Shown: positions 8,601 to 18,557 of the stretch, in pieces
How positions within the stretch are numbered: position 1 is the stretch's first letter
How the letters are laid out: every line of letters begins with the position of its first letter
NCBI GenBank assembly: GCA_041687095.1
Contig: JAWLCQ010000005.1
Span: 17,520-81,519, forward strand
Length of the DNA: 64,000 nucleotides
From: Phycisphaerae bacterium
Lineage (GTDB): Bacteria > Planctomycetota > Phycisphaerae > SM23-33
Direction: 5' to 3'
Position numbers and translations under genes: made by a program
Notes under the pieces: generated by a model
The model's input: the letters and a program-made list of their open reading frames with translations, nothing else
Told to the model about the DNA's origin: nothing
Databases searched by the model: none

Positions 8601-10123
8601 TGTGGCCGTTCCGCCGCGATAGGAAGGCCCCGCGGTCCCTCCCGCCTTCGCCCGCGGGGCGCATCGCCCGCGTGCTGCTGGCGTCCGAGCCCCAGGGGCG
8701 AAGCGGGATGGTGCAGGCGCGGTACGATGCGGCGCAGACCACCGCGGATAACGTCCGCCACTGGGCGATGGCCGATTCGCTGTCGGCCGACGGGGCGGCC
8801 TCCGCCGACGTGCGACGTCGGCTCCGCGAGCGGGCACGGTACGAGGCCGCCAACAACTCCTACGCCAAGGGCATCGTCCTCACCCTCGCCAACGACTGCA
8901 TCGGCACCGGGCCCCGGCTTCAGCTCCTCTCGGACGACGAGGAGCTCAATCACCGCGTCGAGATTACCTTCGCCGCCTGGTCTCGCGCCGTGGACCTCGC
9001 CGGCAAACTCCGCACCATGCGGATGGCGAAGTCCACCGACGGCGAGGCCTTCGCCGTCCTCACCGCCAACCCCCTCATCGACTCGCCCGTCATGCTCGAC
9101 CTCCAACTCATCGAGGCCGACCGCGTCGCGACGCCCCTGGGGGCGATGCCCACCGCCAGCGACGGCATCGACGGGATCGTCCTCGACGCCTGGGGCAACC
9201 CGAGCACGTACTCCATCCTCCGCCAGCACCCCGGCGACTCGCTCGCCTGGGGCGAGCCGGCCGCGTGGGTGGACGCCGAGGCCGTCGTCCACTGGTTCCG
9301 CGCGGACCGGCCCGGCCAGCACCGGGGCATCCCGGAGATCACGCCCGCGCTTCCGCTCTTTGCCCAGCTTCGCCGCTACACGCTGGCGGTGATCGCGGCG
9401 GCCGAGACGGCGGCGGATTTCGCGGCGGTGCTCTTCACCGATTCGCCCGCCAACGGCGAGGCGCAGGCCCTGGAGCCCATGGACGTCGTCGCCCTGGAGA
9501 AGCGGATGGCGACGGTCCTGCCGGACGGATGGCGGCTGGGGCAGGTCGAGGCCCAGCAGCCGACGACCACCTACGCCGAGTTCAAGCGCGAGATCCTCAA
9601 CGAGATCGCCCGCTGCCTGAACCTGCCGTACAACATCGCCGCCTGCAACTCCTCGGGATACAACTACGCCTCCGGGCGACTCGACCACCAGACCTACTAC
9701 AAGTCCATCCGCGTCGAGCAGAACCATCTCGCCGAGGCGGTGCTCGACCGGATCCTTTCGGCGTGGCTGAGGGAGGCGGAGCTTCTGACGGAGTTCGCCC
9801 CGCTGCGATCGCTGGCGCAGTTGCCCCACACCTGGTTCTTCGACGGCACCGAGCACGTCGATCCGGCCAAGGAGGCCAACGCCCAGGCCACCCGCCTGGC
9901 CAGTCACACCACCACCCTCGCCGCCGAGTTCGCCCGCGCGGGCAAGGACTGGGAGGTCGAGCTTCGCCAGCGGGCGAAGGAGAAGCAGTTGATGCGGGAA
10001 CTGGGCCTCCTTGCGGAGAGCGAAGTCGAACCGGCGGAGGAGCCCCAGCCCGCGGAGGCCCAGGACGAGGACGACGAGATCGAGGAGAGCGACACCGATG
10101 TCGAACAGCAGCCGACTGCCTGA
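8600..10123 (+). CDS. Portal protein, lambda family
   Basis: TGATG overlap; ARYDAA, LRERARYE..NN, RPGQHRGIPE, NYASGR, HVDPAKE motifs. Confidence 0.93.
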   Translation: MWPFRRDRKAPRSLPPSPAGRIARVLLASEPQGRSGMVQARYDAAQTTADNVRHWAMADSLSADGAASADVRRRLRERARYEAANNSYAKGIVLTLANDCIGTGPRLQLLSDDEELNHRVEITFAAWSRAVDLAGKLRTMRMAKSTDGEAFAVLTANPLIDSPVMLDLQLIEADRVATPLGAMPTASDGIDGIVLDAWGNPSTYSILRQHPGDSLAWGEPAAWVDAEAVVHWFRADRPGQHRGIPEITPALPLFAQLRRYTLAVIAAAETAADFAAVLFTDSPANGEAQALEPMDVVALEKRMATVLPDGWRLGQVEAQQPTTTYAEFKREILNEIARCLNLPYNIAACNSSGYNYASGRLDHQTYYKSIRVEQNHLAEAVLDRILSAWLREAELLTEFAPLRSLAQLPHTWFFDGTEHVDPAKEANAQATRLASHTTTLAAEFARAGKDWEVELRQRAKEKQLMRELGLLAESEVEPAEEPQPAEAQDEDDEIEESDTDVEQQPTA

Positions 10124-10202
10124 CTACGCGCCGCGGCTCGCCTCCCGGATCATCCGCCTGGCGATGTCCTGTGCCCGAGTTGCCAAGACACTGCGGATCG
10201 TT

Positions 10203-10577
10203 TCAAGCGGGTCCATCGCCGGGTTCATCCTCGCCCGCATCATCGGGCCAGCCTTCCGCATCAGGTCGCATGTAGCCTTCGACCCACTCCTCGGCCGACC
10301 CGAACAGCTCCACGTAGGGCCACTTCGGAGTCGTCTCCTTCTGCCAGGTGAGATGAACGAAGGCCAACTGCGGAGGGTCGCTGTAAACGAGGAACAGGAA
10401 GTCGTCGTATCCGTACTTCCGCCCAAGGGTCGTCACCTGCAGTCCCTGCAGCGGATGGCCTGGTGCCAGTTCCCGATACAGCTCCTCCTCGAACTGCGAC
10501 CGGTCCGGAACCGCCAGGGGACGCCATCGGCCCAGCCACTCGAAGTCGAGCAGAGATTCAGGAGTCGCATTCGCCAT
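10203..10577 (-). CDS. Antisense moron: acidic hypothetical protein (immunity-protein-like)
   Basis: RELAPGHPL..DDFLF..AFVHLTW..WP pattern; TATACT 7 nt before ATG. Confidence 0.7.
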   Translation of the reverse strand: MANATPESLLDFEWLGRWRPLAVPDRSQFEEELYRELAPGHPLQGLQVTTLGRKYGYDDFLFLVYSDPPQLAFVHLTWQKETTPKWPYVELFGSAEEWVEGYMRPDAEGWPDDAGEDEPGDGPA

Positions 10578-12657
10578 GAGTAGTAGTATAAGACAGCCCC
10601 CCGTCCACGACCAGATCCCCGACACGGTGATCCTGCTTGCGACGCCGACCTTCGAGGCAGCGGACGCCTCAGACAAGACCATGCCCCGCTTCCGCATGGT
10701 CGCCTACACCGGCGGGGCGATGCGGGTCACGGGCTTCCCGCACCCGGTGGTCGTGGACCTTGAGGGCCTGGCCATCGACCGCCAGGACATCCCCGTCCGC
10801 CTCGACCACAACCCCCGCCAGGGCGTGGGGCACACGCAGCGCGTGGCCATCGAAGGCGGGCAGATCCTCGCCGATGGGATCATCAGCCGCGACACCTCCT
10901 GGGCCCGCGACGTGGCCAAGAGTGCCGTCAACGGCTTCCCCTGGCAGGCGTCCATCGGAGCGGCCGTCGTGGACGCGGAGTTCGTGCCCAACGGCCAGAC
11001 GGTCTCCGTCAACGGACGGACGTTCGTCGGGCCGCTTCACGTCGTTCGCCGCGCGGTGCTCAAGGAGATCTCGTTCGTCGATAGCGGCGCCGACCCCGCC
11101 ACCAGCGCCCGCATCGCCGCCCAGTACGCCGCACAGTCCCAGACCACCCAAGATGAGGAGATCGATCGTATGACCAGTCCCCAGACCCCGACCCCCGCCA
11201 CCGAGGTGCAGACCCCCGAGCCGATCGAGCCCGAGGTCGTCACCGAGGAGACCGTCGAGCCGACCGTGCCCGAGACGCCCGCCGCGCCCGAGCCCGCCGA
11301 GGCCCCCGTCAACCCGGCCATCGTCACCGCCTCGTCTGCCGATGCCGACGCCGTCGTCCAGATGCGCCGCCGCCTGGCCTCCGAGACCCGCCGCGTCGAG
11401 GCCATCCGCCGCCTGTGCGGAGGCAGGCACCCCGACGTCGAGGCCAAGGCCATCGAGGACGGGTGGGACGAGACGAAGACGGAACTCCACGTCCTGCGGG
11501 CCAGCCGCCCCAAGGTCCCCGCCGTCACCGTCCCCCAGCGCCCCAGCGCCCCGCAGGTGTTCGAAGCCGTGGGGCTCATGAGTGCCGGCGTGACCGCCAG
11601 CCGCTTGGAGGCGGCGTACGCCGAGCCGGTGATCGAGGCCGCCGAGCGCCTCCGCGGGGTGGGCATCCAGGAGTTCTGCGAGCTCGCCTGCGGCCAGCAG
11701 CTTCCCCGCTTCCGCCGCGACGCCTCCGGGTGGCTGCAGGCCGCCTTCAGCACCACCAGCCTGCCCGGGATCCTCTCGAACATCGCCAACAAGATGCTCC
11801 TGGAGGGCTACAGCTACGTCGAGGACGCCTGGAGGCGGGTCGCGAAGGTCGCCAGCGTCAGCGACTTCCGCGAGCACAGCCGCTACCGCATGAACGGGTC
11901 CTTCCGCTTCCAGCAGGTCGGGCCCGACGGGGAGCTCAAGCATGGGCGGCTCGACGAGCAGACCTACGGCCAGCGGGCCGACACCCACGGGATCATGTTC
12001 GCCCTGACCCGCCAGATGATCATCAACGACGACCTGGGTGCCTTCACCGACATCCCCTACCAGATCGGGATGGGGGCCGCCGAGGCCATCGCCGACGCCG
12101 TCTGGGGGCTGTGGCTCAGCAACCCCGTCCAGTCCGACGGGGCGGCGTTCTTCTCGACGACCCACAAGAACTACGCCGAGGGCGCCGACACCACCATGAG
12201 CGTGGACGGCCTGACCGCGGCCGAGCTGCTCTTCGGCGAGCAGACCAAGCCCAACGGACGCCCCCTGGCCGTCCAGCCCCGCATCCTGCTGGTGCCCACC
12301 GCGCTGAAGGTCCCGGCGGCGAACCTGATGAACAGCCTGCAACTCAACGAGACCACCACCGTCAACAAGCCCAAGCCCTCGTCGAACCCCCACGTGGGCA
12401 AGTTCGAGGTCATCTCCAGCGTGTACCTCTCCAACGCCTCCTTCACCGGTTCGTCCGGCAAGGCGTGGTATCTGCTGGCCGACCCCAACCGTCTGCCCGC
12501 CATCGAGGTGGCGTTCCTCAACGGCGTGGACCGGCCCACGGTGGAGAAGACCGACGCGGACTTCTCGACGCTGGGAATCCAGTTCCGCGGGTACATCGAC
12601 TTCGGCGTCCGCGAGCAGGACTTCCGCGGAGCGGTTCGGATGAAGGGCGAGGTGTAG
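10576..12657 (+). CDS. Prohead protease-major capsid fusion (Mu gpT-like capsid domain); start uncertain
   Basis: FRMVAYTGG, LDHN, WQASIG, EISFV protease motifs; PE-rich linker; LTRQMIINDDLG, YLLADP, DFGV capsid motifs. Confidence 0.9.
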   Translation: MSSSIRQPPVHDQIPDTVILLATPTFEAADASDKTMPRFRMVAYTGGAMRVTGFPHPVVVDLEGLAIDRQDIPVRLDHNPRQGVGHTQRVAIEGGQILADGIISRDTSWARDVAKSAVNGFPWQASIGAAVVDAEFVPNGQTVSVNGRTFVGPLHVVRRAVLKEISFVDSGADPATSARIAAQYAAQSQTTQDEEIDRMTSPQTPTPATEVQTPEPIEPEVVTEETVEPTVPETPAAPEPAEAPVNPAIVTASSADADAVVQMRRRLASETRRVEAIRRLCGGRHPDVEAKAIEDGWDETKTELHVLRASRPKVPAVTVPQRPSAPQVFEAVGLMSAGVTASRLEAAYAEPVIEAAERLRGVGIQEFCELACGQQLPRFRRDASGWLQAAFSTTSLPGILSNIANKMLLEGYSYVEDAWRRVAKVASVSDFREHSRYRMNGSFRFQQVGPDGELKHGRLDEQTYGQRADTHGIMFALTRQMIINDDLGAFTDIPYQIGMGAAEAIADAVWGLWLSNPVQSDGAAFFSTTHKNYAEGADTTMSVDGLTAAELLFGEQTKPNGRPLAVQPRILLVPTALKVPAANLMNSLQLNETTTVNKPKPSSNPHVGKFEVISSVYLSNASFTGSSGKAWYLLADPNRLPAIEVAFLNGVDRPTVEKTDADFSTLGIQFRGYIDFGVREQDFRGAVRMKGEV

Positions 12658-12666
12658 GCGACCACA

Positions 12667-12924
12667 TCACGGTGATGCATCGGGCCTCTGATCGTTCTGC
12701 TCCCCAAGCTCGATGCCCTTGCGTAGGGCCGCAGGAATGAGAATCAGCCCGCAGACAGACCAAGGGAGAGCGGCGACGCCGAAGGATCCCGTCTTGCCCC
12801 ATCCCAGCCACTGGAAGAGGAGCACGACCAAGACAGCCGCGAGCGTTCCCCCCGTTCCGCCTGCGACGTAGGCAAGCAGGAAGCGAATCATCCACCGACG
12901 CTCGGATGGCAAGGGCTTCGGCAT
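12667..12924 (-). CDS. Antisense moron: small two-TM membrane protein
   Basis: CAGGAG RBS; two hydrophobic segments; lies between capsid and decoration genes. Confidence 0.55.
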   Translation of the reverse strand: MPKPLPSERRWMIRFLLAYVAGGTGGTLAAVLVVLLFQWLGWGKTGSFGVAALPWSVCGLILIPAALRKGIELGEQNDQRPDASP

Positions 12925-13015
12925 GACTGCGATCTCCTGAAGAGAGACAACGTTACCAGTCAATTCAACGTAGTGCCCACGAGACTGTGGGTCAAGACCA
13001 TGGAAGGACAACTGC

Positions 13016-13876
13016 ATGGCAACATTCGTGCATGACGGAAAGAGCATCGACTACACCCCCGTGGCCGCCGTAGCGGCCGGGGACGTGGTGGTCCTGGGGT
13101 CGGTGGTGCTGGTGGCGAAGCTCGACATCGCCGCCGGCCGCCTCGGCGCCCTGGCCGCTACGGGCGTCTACGACGTGGCGAAGACCGCCGCTCTGGTGGT
13201 CGCGGCCGGCGACGCGGTGTACTGGAACGCCACGACCGCCAAGGCCACCAAGACCACCACCGACGTCTACATGGGCGTGGCCATCGCCGCGGCGGCCGCG
13301 GGCGACGCGACGGTGCGGGTGCACCTGCGGAGCCTCCAGGAGGCCGTCGCGGGGCAACTGGGCCTCGCGGACCTGTCGGACGTGGGGGCCGCCACGGCGA
13401 CCGCCGGGCGGGTGCTGGTGGCCGACGGCGACAGCTTCGAGTCCGTCGCCGTCGGCGGGCTCGTGGCGCTGTCCGCCGCGGGCGTGGTGGGCCTGCCCGA
13501 CGCCGCCGACGCCGCGCCGGGGCTTCCGCTGGTGTTCGAGAAGGCCTTCGACGGCACGGGGGCCGAGGTCCACGTCTTCGACGCCGACTGCCCCCGCAAG
13601 CTCCGCATCCTCGACGCGTCGGTGCTGATCACCACCGCCGGGGCCGCCGCGGCGGCGGTGACGGCGACGCTGGATGACGGGACCGACGCGATCACCGACG
13701 CCATGGCCGTCAACGACGACCCCCAGACGCTCATCGCCGGGACCATCGTGCGGGCGGGGAGCATCGTCGGGGCCAAGGCGACGGTGGCGGTCGATGGGAC
13801 GCTGGACCTCACACTCAGCACCACCACCAACGCGCCGGCGGGCATCGTTCGCGTCCTGGCGCTGCCGGTGGCGTAA
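13016..13876 (+). CDS. Capsid cement/decoration protein (DUF2190-like) with C-terminal extension
   Basis: MATFVHDGKSIDYTP..VAAGDVVV..GVYDVAK..GDAVYW; follows capsid gene. Confidence 0.82.
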   Translation: MATFVHDGKSIDYTPVAAVAAGDVVVLGSVVLVAKLDIAAGRLGALAATGVYDVAKTAALVVAAGDAVYWNATTAKATKTTTDVYMGVAIAAAAAGDATVRVHLRSLQEAVAGQLGLADLSDVGAATATAGRVLVADGDSFESVAVGGLVALSAAGVVGLPDAADAAPGLPLVFEKAFDGTGAEVHVFDADCPRKLRILDASVLITTAGAAAAAVTATLDDGTDAITDAMAVNDDPQTLIAGTIVRAGSIVGAKATVAVDGTLDLTLSTTTNAPAGIVRVLALPVA

Positions 13877-13901
13877 CCCCCAGAGGAGATCAGAGAGAAC
13901 C

Positions 13902-14285
13902 ATGAACGACCTGTTGGCATCGGCCGAATCGTGGCTGCAGCGGCAAAGGGAACTGCACCTGTCGCGCCCGGTGGTGTACCGGCGCGGGGACGCGTGCGTC
14001 GAGCTCTTCGCCACCAAGGGCCGCACGGGCTACGAGCGGTCCGATGCCAGCGGCGTCATCGTCTCCGCCACTGCCACCGACTGGCTGGTGCCGGCGGGGA
14101 GGCTGGTGCTCGATGGGGAGTACGCGATTCCTCGAACGGGCGATCGCGTCGTCGATGCATCGGCCGACCGCACGGCCGTCTACGTCGTCGTCTCCCTCGG
14201 GCCCTCGGGCGCGTACGAGCGCACGGGGCCCGAGGGGGCGACGCTGCGGATCCACACCAAGCTGCTGACGGAGGACCGTTCGTGA
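13902..14285 (+). CDS. Head closure / head-tail adaptor-like protein
   Basis: Position; VVYRRG..ATKGRT..PRTGDRV..LRIHTK. Confidence 0.65.
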   Translation: MNDLLASAESWLQRQRELHLSRPVVYRRGDACVELFATKGRTGYERSDASGVIVSATATDWLVPAGRLVLDGEYAIPRTGDRVVDASADRTAVYVVVSLGPSGAYERTGPEGATLRIHTKLLTEDRS

Positions 14286-14536
14286 ACGATAGCTGCGACC
14301 ACCTGAATGAGTGCCACCACCGCTTCGACCGCATCGATGACAAGCTCGACACCCTCGATATCGCCATCCGCGGCAACGGCAAGCCCGGCCTGGAGCGGCG
14401 GGTGACGCTGCTGGAGGTCGCGGCGGCCAGTTCGCGGCGGCTCCTGTGGCTGCTGATCGGCACCGCCGTCGGAACCGCCGCGAGCACCATCGCGACCCTG
14501 CTGCTGGCCCTGGCCCGCGGCGAGGTGCGCCCATGA
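14282..14536 (+). CDS. Small coiled-coil + C-terminal TM protein
   Basis: GTGA overlap; KLDTLDIAIRGNGKPG then hydrophobic helix. Confidence 0.6.
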   Translation: MNDSCDHLNECHHRFDRIDDKLDTLDIAIRGNGKPGLERRVTLLEVAAASSRRLLWLLIGTAVGTAASTIATLLLALARGEVRP

Positions 14537-14973
14537 CCGCCGCGGCCATCGAACTCGCCGACGCCCTCGTGGCGTACCTTGCGTCCCTGGGCCACAGCGC
14601 CGTGCGGGCCTACCGCCCCGCGTACGAGATGGAGGCACTCGCCATCGAGACCCGCGAGAAGCCCAAGGTGACGGTGATCCCCACCGCCCGCACGCTCCAG
14701 TTGGTCTCCCGCACGCGCGGAGCCAGCGACGAGCAGCAGACTGGCATCGTCGTCCAGCGGGTGTGCGAGGACGAAGCCCAGCGGGACGCCACCGTCGAGG
14801 CCGCCGACGGCATCGCCCTGGCCATCCTGGGCGCGAAGCTTCCGGGCTTCCCCGCCGCGCGGTGCACTCGCATCGACAACAGCCCGCTGTTCGACCCCGA
14901 CGACCTCGACGACTTCCGGGTCCTCACCGTGCCCCTCGTGTGCACCTTCCACCTGGCCTTCGAGACCCCGTAG
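14533..14973 (+). CDS. Tail terminator/completion-like protein
   Basis: ATGA overlap; size and position. Confidence 0.6.
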   Translation: MTAAAIELADALVAYLASLGHSAVRAYRPAYEMEALAIETREKPKVTVIPTARTLQLVSRTRGASDEQQTGIVVQRVCEDEAQRDATVEAADGIALAILGAKLPGFPAARCTRIDNSPLFDPDDLDDFRVLTVPLVCTFHLAFETP

Positions 14974-14983
14974 GAGCATCCCC

Positions 14984-15187
14984 ATGGCCATCGGCGATAC
15001 CTATAGAGAGAGCGGCCCCGACGGCCGGCAGCGCTGGCTGCGGCTCGCCGCCGCCTGGACTGCCCGCGGCAAGGCCATCCGCCGCTACCGCACCGACAGC
15101 GGCGGAGAGCTCACCGTCCAGGCGACGGACGACCGGCGGGCCCTGGCGGAGTTCCGGGCCATCCTCTTTCGGCGGGAGGAGGAGTAG
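14984..15187 (+). CDS. Hypothetical protein
   Basis: AGGAG RBS, operon packing. Confidence 0.6.
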   Translation: MAIGDTYRESGPDGRQRWLRLAAAWTARGKAIRRYRTDSGGELTVQATDDRRALAEFRAILFRREEE

Positions 15188-15190
15188 CCC

Positions 15191-15871
15191 ATGCGCGTAC
15201 TCGACATCCCCTTCGAGGACGACCTGGCGACCTACTTCGCCGTCCTCTACGCCCAGAGCGGCTCGTTCTACGCCACGTCCGTCGCGGCCAAGTCGGGGGC
15301 GCTGGGCGGGCGGTGCGTGCTGGTTCAGACCGAGGGCATCGCCTGGGGCCGCGCGGAGTGGTCCAACGACGGACTCGCGCCCGGCCAGGTGCGGGAGATC
15401 CGCTGCTGGTTCCGCCCCGTCACCTGGCCCGGGCAGGTCAAGTACGCCTTCCGCCACCAGACGCAGGAGAACCTCGACCTGTTCCGCCTCCAGTCGTCCT
15501 ACAACGAGCCCCAGTGGTGGCTCCAGTCCTACGACGATTCCGGCGGGGCTGTGACGCAGTCGTTCAACCTCGCCACCAACGTCTGGCACGAACTGATTCT
15601 TCGCCAGAAGCGGGCCAGCGCCGCCGGGGTCGCCGATGGCGCCTACTCGCTCCACAGCGGGAGTACCAAGCTCGCCGAACGGATCAACGTCGCCAACTTC
15701 ACCCGCGCCCGCGGGGATCAGACCCACCGGCTGACGCTGGGGATGATCACAACGGCCAACGTCGGGGCGTGCCTCGACTACGACGACTTGCTCGTGACGG
15801 TCCCCGACCGTCAGGGGATCTGGTGTCCGGTGATCGGCTCTTCAGTCATCCGCGGAGGAAGGCATGTATAG
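15191..15871 (+). CDS. Hypothetical beta-sandwich (lectin/ConA-like) virion protein
   Basis: Beta-rich; NVWHELIL...YDDLLV resembles LamG-like folds (weak). Confidence 0.55.
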   Translation: MRVLDIPFEDDLATYFAVLYAQSGSFYATSVAAKSGALGGRCVLVQTEGIAWGRAEWSNDGLAPGQVREIRCWFRPVTWPGQVKYAFRHQTQENLDLFRLQSSYNEPQWWLQSYDDSGGAVTQSFNLATNVWHELILRQKRASAAGVADGAYSLHSGSTKLAERINVANFTRARGDQTHRLTLGMITTANVGACLDYDDLLVTVPDRQGIWCPVIGSSVIRGGRHV

Positions 15872-17477
15872 GATCGGCGATACCCTCTATGAGTGCTTCA
15901 CCACCCACGCCGTCGGCGGCGCAGTCCAGGACGCCGACGCGGACCCCGCCCTCGCGGCAATCCTGCTGGTCAATGGATTCGTCGACCCGGAGGTCCCCTC
16001 CGTCAACAGCGTCGGCACCGGCGAGTACGTGGTCTCCGCGAGCCTGGCGGCGGTGCCCGCCGGTTCGGTGGTGCAGGTGGTGCTCTGGGCCTCCGTAGGC
16101 GGCGTCGCCGGCAAGCTGCCGGGGGGAGCGTACCGTGTGAGCGAGAAGGCGGTGGACGACCTGCACGACTTTAACCCCACGACCGAGCCGGTGGATGTCG
16201 GCTCGGTGGGCGGCTCAATGGTCACCGGGCCCGGGGACCTGGGGCCCGACATCTCGGCACTCAGCACCTTTGACCCCAGCAGCCAGTCCGTGGATGTCGC
16301 CAGCATCAACTGGATGTCCGTCAGCGGGCCCGACGACCTCAAGGCGGATACCTCCGGCCTGAGCATCTTCGACGCGAACTCGCAGAGCGTGACGGTCTCG
16401 GGGAGCGTGGACGTAACGAGCATCAACGGCGCGTGGGTCAATGGCCCCGACGACCTGAAGGCCGATGTGTCGGGCTTGAGCACCTTCGACGCTTCGATGC
16501 AGAGCGTGACGGTCTCGGGGGGCGTGGATGTAACGAGCATCAACGGCACGTGGGTCAACGGACCCGACGACTTCAAGGCGGACGTGTCCCTGCTCAGCAC
16601 CTTCGACGCCGCCTTCGACACCGTGAGCTTCTCGGGTGGCGTGGATGTCACGAGCGTCAACGGCACCCCCGTCTATGGGCCCGGGGACCTCCGCGCCGAC
16701 GTGTCGGACCTCAGCACGTTCGACCCGGCATTTGACACGGTGAGCCTCGCTGGCGGCGTGGACATCGCGTCCGTGCGGGGAGTCGTCGTCTCGGGCGTGG
16801 CGGACTTCCGAGCGGACCTGTCGGCGTTGGCCCTGGAGACGACGGTGCAGACGGCCGCCGCGTCCGCGGCATCGGCCGATGGCAAGCTGCCCGCCGACAC
16901 TGGCACCCGCCTGGGCTACCTCGACGGCAGCGTCATCGCCGCCGAGGGCGCCATCCGCGGCGGGACGCACACGCTCCAGTCCCTCGCGGCCGCCATCGAT
17001 GGGATCACGCCCGGGGGCGACGCCCAGCAGGCGACGCTGCTGGCGGTCAAGACCCAGACGGACCGCATCGGGGCCCTCGCCACGACGTACCACCCCGTGG
17101 GCACCACGGGCGGTTCCCACGTCCTGTACGCCGGGGCCGACTACCGCACCACCGACGGGCTCGCCATCGTGCGGCGGCTGGAGAACTACGCCGGCCCCGC
17201 CGTCGCGGGCAGCCCCGTCACCTTCCGCGTCCTCGACGCCGCCGCGTACCGCGAGACCTCCGCCACAAAGGCCACCGTCGAGACCGCGGCCGTCGCCACT
17301 CTGGACGGCACCACGCTGGTGCTCACCGCCGAACTCACCGGGGCCCAGAGCGGCCTGCTCTGCCCCTCGCCGCCGGCCAACCAGCGCAACCACCACTACC
17401 AGTTCGAGGCCACGCTCGATGGGCGGATCGTCCCCCTCGACAGCGGCGCCCTCACCGTCCGCAAACGCCTCACCTAA
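15864..17477 (+). CDS. Fibre-like virion protein with 39-aa tandem repeats
   Basis: Repeated VDVTSING..GPDDLKADVS.LSTFD units. Confidence 0.75.
   Translation: MYRIGDTLYECFTTHAVGGAVQDADADPALAAILLVNGFVDPEVPSVNSVGTGEYVVSASLAAVPAGSVVQVVLWASVGGVAGKLPGGAYRVSEKAVDDLHDFNPTTEPVDVGSVGGSMVTGPGDLGPDISALSTFDPSSQSVDVASINWMSVSGPDDLKADTSGLSIFDANSQSVTVSGSVDVTSINGAWVNGPDDLKADVSGLSTFDASMQSVTVSGGVDVTSINGTWVNGPDDFKADVSLLSTFDAAFDTVSFSGGVDVTSVNGTPVYGPGDLRADVSDLSTFDPAFDTVSLAGGVDIASVRGVVVSGVADFRADLSALALETTVQTAAASAASADGKLPADTGTRLGYLDGSVIAAEGAIRGGTHTLQSLAAAIDGITPGGDAQQATLLAVKTQTDRIGALATTYHPVGTTGGSHVLYAGADYRTTDGLAIVRRLENYAGPAVAGSPVTFRVLDAAAYRETSATKATVETAAVATLDGTTLVLTAELTGAQSGLLCPSPPANQRNHHYQFEATLDGRIVPLDSGALTVRKRLT
16191..16830 (+). 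repeat. Intragenic 117-bp tandem repeats (about 5-6 units)
   Basis: GTGGA(T/C) unit starts at 16191, 16290, 16407, 16524, 16641, 16758. Confidence 0.85.
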
Positions 17478-17514
17478 CCCGCATACCGCGCGCGAAGCGC
17501 AAGGAGTTGTTCGT

Positions 17515-17949
17515 ATGCCCGACTACGTCCTCGGCATGGATGGCAAGCTGTACTACGGAGCGGACGGGGCGGCACTGGCCGTCTTGACCGAGATGACCAA
17601 CGTCCGCGACCTCAACCTCTCGATGGAGGCCGGGGAGGCCGACGTCACCACCCGTGCGAATAACCGCTGGCGAGCGACCGCCACCACGCTCAAGGAGGCC
17701 ACCGTCGAGTGGGAGATGCTGTGGAAGCCCTCCGATGCCGGATTTGAAGCGATTCGCGACGCGTACCTCAACGGGGTCCTCATCGAACTGGCCGTCCTCG
17801 ACGGCGACAAGGTGACCGCCGGAACCGAGGGCCCCCGCGGCTCCTGGGCCATCACCCGCTTCGGTCGCAACGAGCCCCTGGAGGAAGGGATGACCGTGCC
17901 CGTGACGGCGAAGCTCAACACGTTCCGCGAATGGGTCGAGGTGGGCTGA
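17515..17949 (+). CDS. Major tail tube protein
   Basis: AAGGAG RBS; LGMDGKLYY..NVRDLNL..EADVTTR..RNEPLEE. Confidence 0.82.
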   Translation: MPDYVLGMDGKLYYGADGAALAVLTEMTNVRDLNLSMEAGEADVTTRANNRWRATATTLKEATVEWEMLWKPSDAGFEAIRDAYLNGVLIELAVLDGDKVTAGTEGPRGSWAITRFGRNEPLEEGMTVPVTAKLNTFREWVEVG

Positions 17950-18557
17950 TGCACGGATTCCAGGATAGTGCGGGCCGCAAGTGGCGGCTGGAACTGACCA
18001 TCGGCGCGGCCAAACGGGTGCGGGACCTCCTGGGCGAGAACCTCCTCGCCCCCGAGGGCGGCGAGGAACCCCTCCTCGCCCGCCTCGCCACCGACCCCTG
18101 GGTCCTGGCGGACGTGCTGTACGTCCTGCTCCTGCCCCAGGCGCAGGCGGCCGGCGTCAGCGACGAGGAGTTCGGGGCCTCGCTGGGCGCCGATGCCATC
18201 CTCGATGGGCAGACGGCGCTACTGGCGGAGATGGCGGATTTTTTCCACCGCCTGCACCGGACGGACCTCGCGACGGCCGTCGCCAGGCAGGCCCAGCTCG
18301 TGCAGGCGGCGGTGGAAGCGACGGCGGACCGGATCGAGCAAACGGCCGAGGCGGCACTGGCGGAGATCCGCTCGACCTCTGGCGGGCCGTCTACCGCCTC
18401 GCCGGGGTCGTCGGGATCGACCCCGCACCCCTCACGCTCCGCGAACTGCTCGACATGCACGACGGCAAGACCCGAAGTGCCTGGGACCACACCGCCGCGA
18501 TTCTCGAACGGATCACCAACACCGGCTTCGCCCGGCCGCGAAGGCGAGCGAAGCTGA
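17949..18557 (+). CDS. Tail assembly chaperone (gpG-like)
   Basis: TGATG overlap with tube gene; low-complexity S/T/P tail past ~18365 where the -1 frame becomes protein-like. Confidence 0.7.
   Translation: MHGFQDSAGRKWRLELTIGAAKRVRDLLGENLLAPEGGEEPLLARLATDPWVLADVLYVLLLPQAQAAGVSDEEFGASLGADAILDGQTALLAEMADFFHRLHRTDLATAVARQAQLVQAAVEATADRIEQTAEAALAEIRSTSGGPSTASPGSSGSTPHPSRSANCSTCTTARPEVPGTTPPRFSNGSPTPASPGREGERS

Noticed and set aside
16191-16830. Tandem repeats as a CRISPR array
   Set aside because: In-frame coding repeats with no unique spacers
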